This document shows positions 24,001 through 61,444 of a stretch of 64,000 nt of DNA, piece after piece. Positions within the stretch are counted from its first letter, which is position 1. Each line of letters begins with the position of its first letter. The notes beneath the pieces were generated by a model. It saw only the letters and a list, made by a program, of their open reading frames with translations. It searched no databases and was not told where the DNA came from. The position numbers were made by a program, and so were the translations under genes. The DNA is taken from NCBI GenBank assembly GCA_002269645.1, contig NIVC01003064.1, forward strand, positions 57,602 to 121,601, written 5' to 3'. The stretch comes from Macrostomum lignano. Its lineage: Eukaryota.

Positions 24001-27000
24001 ACAGACTGAACAGCCACAGAACACAGCCTTACAGACAGTATGAACAGCCACAGAACACAGCCTTACAGACTGACTGAACAGCCACAGAACACAGCCTTAC
24101 AGACTGACTGAACAGCCACAGAACACAGCCTTACAGACTGACTGAACAGCCACAGAACACAGCCTTACAGACTGAATGAACAGCCACAGAACACAGCCTT
24201 ACAGACTGAATGAACAGCCACAGAGCACAGCCTTACAGACAGTCTGAACAGCCACAGAACACAGCCTTACAGACTGACTGAACAGCCACAGAACACAGCC
24301 TTACAGACTGAATGAACAGCCACAGAACACAGCCTTACAGACTGAATGAACAGCCACAGAGCACAGCCTTACAGACAGTCTGAACAGCCACAGAACACAG
24401 CCTTACAGACTGACTGAACAGCCACAGAACACAGCCTTACAGACTGACTGAACAGCCACAGAACACAGCCTTACAGACTGACTGAACAGCCACAGAACAC
24501 AGCCTTACAGACTGAACAGCCACAGAACACAGCCTTACAGACTGACTGAACAGCCACAGAACACAGCCTTACAGACTGAACAGCCACAGAACACAGCCTT
24601 ACAGACAGTATGAACAGCCACAGAACACAGCCTTACAGACTGAATGAACAGCCACAGAACACAGCCTTACAGACTGAATGAACAGCCACAGAGCACAGCC
24701 TTACAGACAGTCTGAACAGCCACAGAACACAGCCTTATATCCCGGTGACTCACAGAGCAGCGGAATCGAACCTTGGCCCCATCATAGAATGAGCAGCCCA
24801 CAATGTTCAGTCGCAGGTTGTTGCTCAGTGGCTCCCGCGGGCTCCACAGGCAGCCGTAGTCGCCCCCGGCTGGCGGCAGACCGCCCGTCAGTCGGCGAAG
24901 CTTCGCCTCGGTGGCGTCGTCTAGCGGTGACGGCCCGTCCGGCGGCGACTCCCGCCAGAGCTGCGCCTCGCCGAGGTAGGCGGAGCTGCCGGTCAGGGCG
25001 GTCAACAGCCGGTGGCGCTGCAGATGGAACTGCGCCTGCCAGACCCTGCGGATCTCCGCGCTTTTGAGGGAGAAGGGAATGAGAGTATGCTGAGAGTAAA
25101 TGCGAGAGTGGGCTGAGAGTAGGCTGAGAGTAGACTGAGAGTAGAGGGAGAGTAGAGGGAGAGTAGGCTGAGAGTAAGGGTGGGAGTAGGCTGAGAGTAA
25201 GGGTGGGAGTAGGCTGAGAGTAAGGGTGGGAGTAGGCTGAGAGTAAGGGTGGGAGTAGGCTGAGAGTAAGGGTGGGAGTAGGCTGAGAGTAAGGGTGGGA
25301 GTAGGCTGAGAGTAAGGGTGGGAGTAGGCTGAGAGTAAGGGTGGGAGTAGGCTGAGAGTAAGGGTGGGAGTAGGCTGAGAGTAAGGGTGGGAGTAGGCTG
25401 AGAGTACATTTAGAGTGGGCTTTGAGTGAGAGCAGAGTTGGGCCTGTCAGCCGAAGCGGTTGATTTTGGGATTTCGTGGTTTTTTGCTTCCCAAAATCAT
25501 CCCTGCTCAAACAATGCGCTGCCTGGCTGGCAACCGGAAACCGGCCGGCTGTTCCGCTTCACACAGCGCGGGCAGGTTGCTCCCGAGCCCCGCTTTGTTC
25601 CCAGGAAATGCGAGATGGGAGAATGGGGATTCTTCGGCCAGCGCGGGACTGGGGATCTGGACGGGAGGCTGGGACGAGGCAGTGAGAAAGGAAGACGGGA
25701 CGAAAAACATTCCGGGTCCGGCTTTTTGAGAGGCGCAGGCCGGGGATGCTGGGAGCAACAACTGATGGAGCTGGCAGTCCTTGTCCCCATTGTTCCCCAG
25801 TCGGATTGCGACGTCTCTTCTGGAAGCAGAAAAAAATCTTTCAGGTAGAGCGCGGAACAATTTTCGGCGGCAAACAGGGCTTGGATTTCCCGAACAGGGG
25901 GGGGGAGATTTATCCCCTGCGATCTGACAGCTGCGTGACTTCGTGCGGCTGAATTCCTCAGGGCGCGGCTGGGGACTGATTGAGAACCTGCTTTGGACAT
26001 GGCTGGGGGCTGAGAAGGTAGAGCCCAGCTGAACAGAATACTGCGACTAGGCTCCTATGCGCTGAGTATGGGAGTAATTAGCGTTGAATGAAGTAGATAA
26101 CATAAAGTGGGTTTTCTTTTAGTATAGGTAGAGCGCTGCTGTAGCTTATGAGAGCAGGGTCACTCGAGAGCGGGCAGTGGCACTCACTCAGAGTAGGACA
26201 GGGCACTCAGCAGCACTCACTCAGAGTAGGACAGGGCACTCAGCGGCACTCACTCAGAGTAAGACAGGGCACTCAACGGCACTCACTCAGAGTAGGACAG
26301 GGCACTCAGCGGCACTCACTCAGAGTAGGACAGGGCACTCAGTGGCACTCACTCAGAGTAGGACAGGGCACTCAGCAGCACTCACTCAGAGTAGGACAGG
26401 GCACTCAGCGGCACTCACTCAGAGTAGGACAGGGCACTCAGTGGCACTCACTCAGAGTAGGATAGGGCACTCAGTGGCACTCACTCAGAGTAGGACAGGG
26501 CACTCAGCGGCACTCACTCAGAGTAAGACAGGACACTCAGCGGCACTCACTCAGAGTAGAAGCCGACAGGCAATGTCGATGACAGCGCAGGCTTTGGCTG
26601 GTCCGCCACAGCTGCCGCCGCTGCCGCAGCCGCCACCGTTGTAGAAGCTGTCGCACTCCATGGTGTTTCAAAAGCATCTGGTCGAGCCCAAGCTGCAGAA
26701 GCCAGAAGCTGCTGCTGCTGCAGTTGTTGCTGCAGCCAGAAGTGCTGCAGAAGCAGCAATTGCTGTTGCTGTTGCTGCAGCAGCGCCAGGGGAATCGGCA
26801 CCGGTCTTCTTGGAGGCTTTGCCACCCGGCCGCCGGACACGCCGCGACACCTGATGAAGGCCGGCGTCTCTTCGGGGGGTTGATCAGCCAGGGCGCTGTC
26901 CAGGTGAACTGTCAGGTGGGTTGCCAGGTTTCCCAGGTGTCCGCAGTTTTGACTGAACCTTTTGTAGCCCTGACATCCTCCTTTCAGTTCTGACATCCAA

Positions 27001-27011
27001 TTTGGGCTCAT
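21093..27011 (-). CDS. Uncharacterised multi-exon protein (~420 aa if the ATG at 27011 is used)
   Basis: Minus-strand exons 27011(?)-26551, 25060-24754, 22390-22112 and 21308-21093 join in phase through GT-AG introns (GA|GTGAGT..AAAG|C; TCT|GTGAGT..CACAG|CCC; GTC|GTAATA..TTCAG|GTT), total 1263 nt. Exons show the same GC-rich codon style as neighbouring genes. The 5' end is uncertain. Family not recognised. Confidence 0.7.
21351..22104. repeat. 31-bp intronic minisatellite
   Basis: Unit ATGACCCGTGCTCTGATCCTTCACCACCTGT; fills almost the whole intron. Confidence 0.95.
22908..24736. repeat. 34-bp intronic minisatellite (~1.8 kb)
   Basis: Unit GAACAGCCACAGAACACAGCCTTACAGACTGACT, with 30-bp variants. 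Confidence 0.95.
25110..25405. repeat. 23-bp G-rich minisatellite
   Basis: Unit GAGAGTAAGGGTGGGAGTAGGCT. Confidence 0.9.
26178..26560. repeat. 33-bp minisatellite containing the splice donor
   Basis: Unit GGCACTCACTCAGAGTAGGACAGGGCACTCAGC. On the minus strand it contains CTACTCTGA|GTGAGTGCC, the same as the exon end at 26551. Confidence 0.9.
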
Positions 27012-27627
27012 GACACCCTTTTTGGGAACTTCTGAAATTCTCTTACCTGAATCTGTAGGTGTTTCTGACAGCCAATTTTGAGTGACAGCCAGTTCACCTG
27101 CACCTGACTAACATCAGAGTACCCAGGGCCCTGACACCCACCGCCTTGACACTCACCAAGATTCCTGACACCCATCTAGAGGCCCTGACACCCTAGGGAA
27201 ACAACTGTTGTCCTTTGAAATACTCGGTTCCCCAACTCACCTGCTTTCCCAAGAGCAGTGACTACGAGTGTCCTACAATATGTTCCGAAGGAGCTCAGAA
27301 TTCTGAAGAGTGGCCTCTAAAAGGAGCGAGTTCACCTGAGCTCAGTCTCGTGTGGGCGTCAGAAAAGCTCGATTTGAAGCCCGGCCACGCCTGTCCGCCT
27401 GGCTGATTGATGCAGGTCGCATGTGGCCTCCCCTGCGGTTATCGAATCAGCTTCCTTTGAGAGATTCTTCATCAGATCCTGAGCAACCGATTCTGACCTG
27501 CATGACGGCTTCTCATTGGCCCGCGGAGAAATTATGCTAAACTGTTCTCAGCCACAGGTGTGATACTCGGGTAGTAGGCTTTTAGCCCTATAGTACATGG
27601 CGTCCAATGTCAATTCCACATGTATTT

Positions 27628-28150
27628 GAGTGTGCACTCAGTCCAAATACACAATTCTACTTGAGTGTACACTCAGTCCAAATACACAATTCTACTTGAG
27701 TGTACACTCAGTCCAAATACACAATTCTACTTGAGTGTACACTCAGTCCAAATACACAATTCTACTTGAGTGTACACTCAGTCCGAATACACAATTCCAA
27801 TCTTCCTCGATTTAGAAACAACTTAAAAGTTTAAGTTGACTGAGGGTTGAAGGAGCAGTGGGTGAGCACTGTCACTCAACCAGCACTGTCACTCAACCAG
27901 CACTGTCACTCAACCAGCTGTCACTCACCCAGGACTGTCACTCAACCAGCACCGTCACTCACCCAGCACTATCTGTCACTCACCCAGCACTAGCTGTCAC
28001 TCACCCAGCACTAGCTGTCACTTAACCAGCACTAGCAGTCACTCACCCAGCACCGTCACTCACCCAGCACTATCACTCACCCAGCACTGTCACTCACCCA
28101 GCACTGTCACTCACCCAGCACTGTCACTCACCCATCATTATCACTCACCA
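27628..28150. repeat. Two adjacent minisatellites (35 bp at 27628-27800; 17 bp at 27866-28150)
   Basis: Units TGAGTGTACACTCAGTCCAAATACACAATTCTACT (internal 14-bp palindrome) and CACTGTCACTCACCCAG. Confidence 0.85.
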
Positions 28151-29923
28151 AGCATTGTCACCTAATTTTATGTAATGTCATGAATTTCCAAGTTCTAAAA
28201 ATAATATTTTTTACTATCAAACCCCATTATGCAAACAGTAATTATAAAATTGGAAAATTGGAAAGAGTATACATTTGAAATCAGTATTCTAAAAACCTTG
28301 CAGGGCCTATTTAATAGTAGTGAAAGTTTCTTATTTCTTATAATTTAACCTTAACATTTACAGTTTAACTGTGGTAGTTTTAGAACTCTAACTGATTCAT
28401 TCATTTTTAATGTAAACTAATGTAAACAATTTAAACTGTAAACTAGTATGGTGTGTTTGTAAATGCAGCTTATTTATTTTGATGTGTTATTTAAAACTAT
28501 AATTCTAATTTTGAAACTATATAAAATAATTTTGTTTTAATATACAAACAAATACTATAAATAGATCTATAACAATTTTGTTTTTTGTTTATTTTATTGG
28601 TGAAAAATGTAAAAAATGATATGACTAGGCAGTCTAGCCCTTTTATTAAAAGTTGTGAAAATATAAATAAAATATTTTCATGCTTCAGGTCACAGAATAT
28701 ACATTCTCATTGCTGCATTGCCACAAAAGCTATTTAGGTATAGCCAGGGCCGGAACTAGTGTATAAATTCGACCTGAACTCGTTTTCAATATTAAAAATT
28801 TAATTTTTGCCTTCTGTCAGAAAAGCAAAAATAGATTTTTTGCTTAGGACATTATCGATTAAGAGGTATCATTGAACTAAAAGAATACGGTTTGTCTGGA
28901 TCATTCGCAGTGTTTTTTTCTGAGAGGGGACCTGCAACTCGTTCGTTTTCACACGAAATACCAGTAAATACCATTACTGGTATTAATAGTAAATTAGTAA
29001 ATACCGAAATACCATTTTCACAGCCAAGAACTCGCACGACTAAGATGAAAATAAAATTAAAGTGTGAATCACAGAGATACTTACTTATTTAATGACGGTG
29101 TGGATATGTGTTTAATTAATACATCGAAAGATAGTATAATCCAAGAACGTATGTACAGCGCTGCATGTCCGCGGCACGTTGCTAATTTTTAAACGCAGAT
29201 ACTTAGCGTTTTGCGCATTTTAACAAATATAATGTATTAGCAAACCCATTTCTTAAGAATTAGAATACAATTTTTAGTATATGAATTGTTAATTTTTTTA
29301 TCGAAAGCAAAATTCTGAAACATAATACTAAGGTACGTTTGTAAGCAAAAAAGTTGTTAACTCTTTCGATAAATTTAAATTATACATGTGGTCGACGAAG
29401 TGCTCGCTCTATGCAAAAATCATACGGCTTTAGCTAGTCATCATCAACGTGGAATTTCAATGCAAGAAACAAACAGTTATGCAGAATAAATTTGGTAACA
29501 AGTGAGTTCTTACAAATGTAAAGTAATTCTCACTTAAATATTTCTTAATACTGCTAAAATTATTATATAACTCTGAAATTAAGACAATATACTATTACCT
29601 GTTTGTTTTTAAATAGCTCATAGAAACCTTATTCGTTTCCCAATAAAACTGCAAGAACAACAATGACACAAAAGTATTTAACAACGTTCTCTGTTTACAG
29701 CATAAAACGCTCAGCTGTCTTATGCATGTTTATGTTTACAATATTATTATTACTTGTAACAGAAAAAAAATTTGTTCGTCATTTTGCGGAAGTTTTTTTG
29801 CTATTTTATCGGAAAGTCACAATTAGAGCAGAGTATATTTAGTTAAAAGTAGATTCTAACCAACTGCTTTCTGAACACACTAAAATGGCTATTTGACAGG
29901 TAGTCAAGTGCTTCAAGCAAAGG

Positions 29924-56045
<26,122 letters not shown>

Positions 56046-56069
56046 GTGAGTCTGCGGAAATTGAGAAAT

Positions 56070-56383
56070 TGGTAGATCTGCCGCTTATCTACTTAGGAGA
56101 GGAGGTAGATCTGCCGCTTATCTACTTATGAGAGGAGGTAGATCTGCCGCTTATCTGCTTAGGAGAGGAGGTAGATCTGCCGCTTATCTACTTATGAGAG
56201 GAGGTAGATCTGCCGCTTATCTACTTATGAGAGGAGGTAGATCTGCCGCTTATCTACTTATGAGAGGAGGTAGATCTGCCGCTTATCTACTTAGAAGAGG
56301 AGGTAAATCTGCCGCTTATCTACTTAGGAGAGGAGGTAGATCTGCCGCTTATCTACTTATGAGAGGAGGTAGATCTGCCGCTT
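56070..56383. repeat. 33-bp minisatellite with an internal hairpin
   Basis: Unit GAGGAGGTAGATCTGCCGCTTATCTACTTATGA (GTAGAT/ATCTAC stem), starting about 25 nt after the FAT donor at 56046. Confidence 0.9.
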
Positions 56384-57784
56384 AAAAAATTAGAGCTCAA
56401 TCTACACGCTTATCTACTGTTAGTAATGCAATGGTGTCGCTTTAACAAAAAGGCAATATTCTCCCGCTTTTCAACAATTTCTTGCCTGGCTACACCCCCT
56501 CTTGATGTCAGCAGAACCAGCATTACCATATCTCTCTCTGTGCGGACCTGTGTTTACAGTTTACAATTTACAGTTTACAGTTTAGCAGGTCTGCACGGCT
56601 TCACTGAGTCAGCCGCCTGTTGACAGGCGTGTCTGGCTGGAGGAGCCCCGCAAAAAAACAACAGAAGATGGATCGCTCGGTGAACTGCAGGACAGACCCG
56701 AGCTGCCATATTTGGAACCGCAGCCTTCAGAGTATCAACTTACTGTTATTAGACTGCACAGGCCGTCTCCATAAGAACAAACTCGCACAGTGCGCCACTA
56801 CACAGCTCTCGTTGCACAAATCTCTTAATAGCATTTGCTGTTATCGAATATCCCATTTACGTGTGCCCGCACACATTTCTGGAATCCCATTTACACTGAA
56901 CCTCTGCAGTTTCTTTCCCCTGACTTAACCCCCCCCCCCCGCTGAGCCGCGCGACCCGCCTGCAGTGCCGCCCGCTGTGTCCAGAATTGAGTTCTCCAAC
57001 TCTGCAGGCATGTTGAGCCGTGCGGCCAGTGTCTGTGTGAGTGGAGCGTCAAAAGTCGTTCAGTTTGTTACCAGGAGATCGAATTCCAGAACCCGGAGCA
57101 AATGAGTTTCATATCCTCACACCTTCCCTGAATTCCACTGGCCCAGATTTCAAAATCCCGATTTTTTATGGCTCAATAAAATGGGCAATGTCCATTTTGC
57201 ATGTCCATTTTGCATCCATTTTGTCGGTTTGCACCGACATCGACAATCCGCCGGCGCGAGAGTCAGACGCCTTTACCGCTGAGCTTGAATGCGCAGCTGG
57301 GTGGTTGCGAAATCAGCTTCTGCTAAAACCAGATGCTACATCGCAGCACTCCCTGAGCCGCGTTAGGTCTGCAGAGCGATGCAGCCGGGCTTCAGTCAGC
57401 CCCAACCCCCCAGAGTTTTCACACCTCTACAGCCAGCCAGCCCTGCGGCACGGCCCGTTTCCTCCGGCAGTGGCAGGCAGCCGGTTAAGCTGAATCCCCT
57501 CAGGCTTTGGCCACTTTCCATTCACAGCAGCCAGAGGGAAACTGCTGCGCACTGTTCAATGGTTTCCGGTGCTTCTCAACTGACTCTGAAAAATGTAAAA
57601 TCACTTTCTAAACTGGGAGATTCTTCCTGGCAGCCTGCGTCCCCACGGCTCTCTCGCCTGACTCCCCTCTGCTTCTCCGTGACACCTCCTGTGTTCCCTA
57701 TCGATCTTGCCTTTAATTGCGTAATTCCCAACTTCTTGAAACCGCTGGCCTGTCTGATCTTTCATATCTTTCATCTCCATCTTA

Positions 57785-58515
57785 CTTCTGTCTCCCTCAC
57801 CCCTCTTCCTGTCCGCTCTCTTGCCTCCTTCTCTGTCTCCCTCACCCCTCTTCCTCTCCGCTCTCTTGCCTCCTTCTCTGTCTCCCTCACCCCTCTTCCT
57901 CTCCGCTCTCTTGCCTCCTTCTCTGTCTCCCTCACCCCTCTTCCTCTCCGCTCTCTTGTCTCCTTCTCTGTCTCCCTCACCCCTCTTCCTCTCCGCTCTC
58001 TTGTCTCCTTCTCTGTCTCCCTCACCCCTCTTCCTCTCCGCTCTCTTGTCTCCTTCTCTGTCTCCCTCACCCCTCTTCCTCTCCGCTCTCTTGTCTCCTT
58101 CTCACTCTCCCTCACCCCTCTTCCTCTCCGCTCTCTTGTCTCCTTCTCTGTCTCCCTCACCCCTCTTCCTCTCCGCTCTCTTGTCTCCTTCTCTGTCTCC
58201 CTCACCCCTCTTCCTCTCCGCTCTCTTGTCTCCTTCTCTGTCTCCCTCACCCCTCTTCCTCTCCGCTCTCTTGTCTCCTTCTCTGTCTCCCTCACCCCTC
58301 TTCCTCTCCGCTCTCTTGTCTCCTTCTCACTCTCCCTCACCCCTCTTCCTCTCCGCTCTCTTGTCTCCTTCTCTGTCTCCCTCACCCTCTTCCTCTCCAC
58401 TCTCTTGTCTCCTTCTCTGTCTCCCTCACCCCTCTTCCTCTCCGCTCTCTTGTCTCCTTCTCTGTCTCCCTCACCCCTCTTCCTCTCCGCTCTCTTGTCT
58501 CCTTCTCACTCTCCC
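57785..58515. repeat. 45-bp almost purely pyrimidine minisatellite
   Basis: Unit CTCTGTCTCCCTCACCCCTCTTCCTCTCCGCTCTCTTGTCTCCTT. Confidence 0.95.
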
Positions 58516-59202
58516 TTTGCAGACCCAAAGAAACCCATGCAGAATAGTTTGAGGTACATAATCGCTCGAAGAATCAAGTCAGGCAGCCAAGCCTCGGAGC
58601 AGATCGAGAGACAGACAGGTTTCCCTCCAGCAGCAAGATGAATCGCGCGCAAAAGAAGAAGAAGTCACCTTCGCGCTGATGGCAGCAATAAATCCGCCTG
58701 GTCGACAGGCGGCCCCACAAGCCCCGAGTGCGGGCATCTCGTAATTCTAAAAATCGGACAGGCAAACGCAGAGCAGCAGTTTTATGGCAACAGCCCGCAG
58801 TTGCAAAAGCAGCAAACTGAATCTCTACAGGCAATTTCTTCTGGCCGCAAGAAATGTTTGAATAAAGGTGAAATATGCTGGAGCTCTGACCGAGACGCAA
58901 TTGTGAGCTGCTAAACTTTGCTCCAAGAGCAACCTGCTCACACTGAGAGTTTGCTCGGAGTGGGCCAGGTGGGATCTAAAAGTGCTCGCCTTCAAGTCTG
59001 CTTGGGACTTTCTCAGAGTGGGGATTCGCATTGTTCGGTCTGGGGTGGAGGGGAAGTCTGGGGAAACTCGCTGCTAGTGGAGAAGTTTTCAGCTCACTCG
59101 CTCGCTCCGGCCTCTCAGCCTTTCTCCTCTTCATTCACCTTCATTCGGGGCGTTAGGCTTGAGCTGCATGCAGTAAGTGGCTCTCCGCAGCCTCCCCACA
59201 CT

Positions 59203-59458
59203 CAGTCAGTCAGTCAGTCAGTCAGTCAGTCAGTCAGTCAGTCAGTCAGTCAGTCAGTCAGTCAGTCAGTCAGTCAGTCAGTCAGTCAGTCAGTCAGTCA
59301 GTCAGTCAGTCAGTCAGTCAGTCAGTCAGTCAGTCAGTCAGTCAGTCAGTCAGTCAGTCAGTCAGTCAGTCAGTCAGTCAGTCAGTCAGTCAGTCAGTCA
59401 GTCAGTCAGTCAGTCAGTCAGTCAGTCAGTCAGTCAGTCAGTAATTCAGTCAGTCAGA
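59203..59458. repeat. (TCAG)n microsatellite
   Basis: Near-perfect tetranucleotide run. Confidence 0.95.
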
Positions 59459-60019
59459 TTCCCGCAGAGACTCGCAAACTGAAACCCCATACTTCTCCCT
59501 CAGTGTGACATTCGAGCAGCCCCAGAGCTCAAACCGCGCCTTAGTAACAAACTCAACAGGGCAGCAGAGCATTTCAGCTTTCAAAGTTGGCTACAGTGGC
59601 TGGCTGCATCTGTTTCCTTTGAGCCTTCGTGGCGTATCAAAACAAAGGAGAATGGTGGAAATCATAAACCGCTACTCTTCATGGAGACTGAGAGGGATAT
59701 TTGAGAGCAGCACCGATCCCTCGCATCCCTCGCCTGCAGGTCAGGCCGGCCGGACTTGATTGAAATTCCGATGCTCCCGATGCCCCCAGGTTGCGTAATC
59801 ATTGATCAGCCTCAATAAACAGCCTCTGACCTCCCCAGCTTTGCAAAACTGTCACGCAAGTGAGCAGCGCAGCGGGCTCTCGCAGTTCACGACAGTGTGA
59901 GCTGACCTCCGTGATTTGATTGGCATCCTCTGCGCTGTGAATAAAGTCTACAGTTGCTATGACGACTTCAAACACCCGAAACCCGCGCCACCGATAGCCC
60001 CTTTAACAATAACCCAACA

Positions 60020-61070
60020 GCACACTAACAGCATCCTAACAGCACCCTAACAGCACCCTAACAACACCCTAACAGCATCCTAACAGCACCCTAACAGCAT
60101 CCTAACAGCACCCTAGCAGCACCCTAACAGCGTTATTAACAGCATCCTAACAACACCCTAGCAGCACGCTAACAGCATCCTAACAGCACCCTAGCAGCAC
60201 TCTAGCAGCACCCTAACAGCACCATAACAGCACCCTAACAGCACCCTAACAACACCCTAGCAGCACCCTAACAACACCCTAGCAGCACCCTAACAACACC
60301 CTAGCAGCACCCTAACAGCACCCTAACAGCACCCTAACAGCACCCCAACAGCATCCTAACAGCACCCTAACAACACCCTAACAGCACCCTAACAGCGTCC
60401 CTAACAGCACCCTAACAGCACCCTAACAGCACCCTAACAGCACCCTAACAGCACCCTAACAGCACCCTAACAGCGTCCCTAACAGCACCCTAACAGCACC
60501 CTAACAGCACCCTAACAGCACCCTAACAGCACCCTAACAGCACCCTAACAGCACCCTAACAGCACCCTAACAACACCCTAACAGCACCCTAACAGCACCC
60601 TAACAGCACCCTAACAGCACCCTAACAGCACCCTAACAGCACCCTAACAGCACCCTAACAGCGTCCCTAACAGCACCCTAACAGCACCCTAACAGCACCC
60701 TAACAGCACCCTAACAGCACCCTAACAGCACCCTAACAGCACCCTAACAGCACCCTAACAGCACCCTAACAGCACCCTAACAGCACCCTAACAGCACCCT
60801 AACAGCACCCTAACAGCACCCTAACAGCGTCCCTAACAGCGTCTCTAGCAGCACCCTAACAGCACCCTAACAGCACCCTAACAGCACCCTAACAGCGTCC
60901 CTAACAGCGTCTCTAGCAGCACCCTAACAGCACCCTAACAGCACCCTAACAGCACCCTAACAACACCCTAACAGCACCCTAACAACACCCTAACAGCACC
61001 CTAAAAACACCCTAACAGCACCCTAACAACACCCTAGCAGCACCCTAACAACGCCCCCAACAGAACCCCA
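60020..61070. repeat. 11-bp telomere-motif-containing minisatellite
   Basis: Unit CAGCACCCTAA (TTAGGGTGCTG on the minus strand), about 90 copies. Confidence 0.95.
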
Positions 61071-61444
61071 ACAGCGCCCCCAGCAACACCCAACGGCGCC
61101 ACGTCATGCAATTCCCAGCTGCTGTTAATTCACGCCATTTTCAGCATCTCTGTCGCCTCCCTTCACAAACCGGCACAGCAGATCCTCAGGCACTGCGGGC
61201 TCAGTTCTGAAACTGAGCGGCTGTTTCTCACAATTTCCTTCAGCCATCCGTGGCGATAAGAACCGCTGCCAGCAGCCACTAATCAGCCGCGATCATCCCC
61301 CACCCCTGCAGACAGATAATTGAGTTCATCATGCCAGCAGCTGCTCCTGCCACAGATGGCACTGGGACTGAATGCTTGCTGCTGCTGCAACTGATAGACT
61401 CTGATTTGAGCTCTTCTCTGTATCTTTGGGGAGGAGAAACAGTT

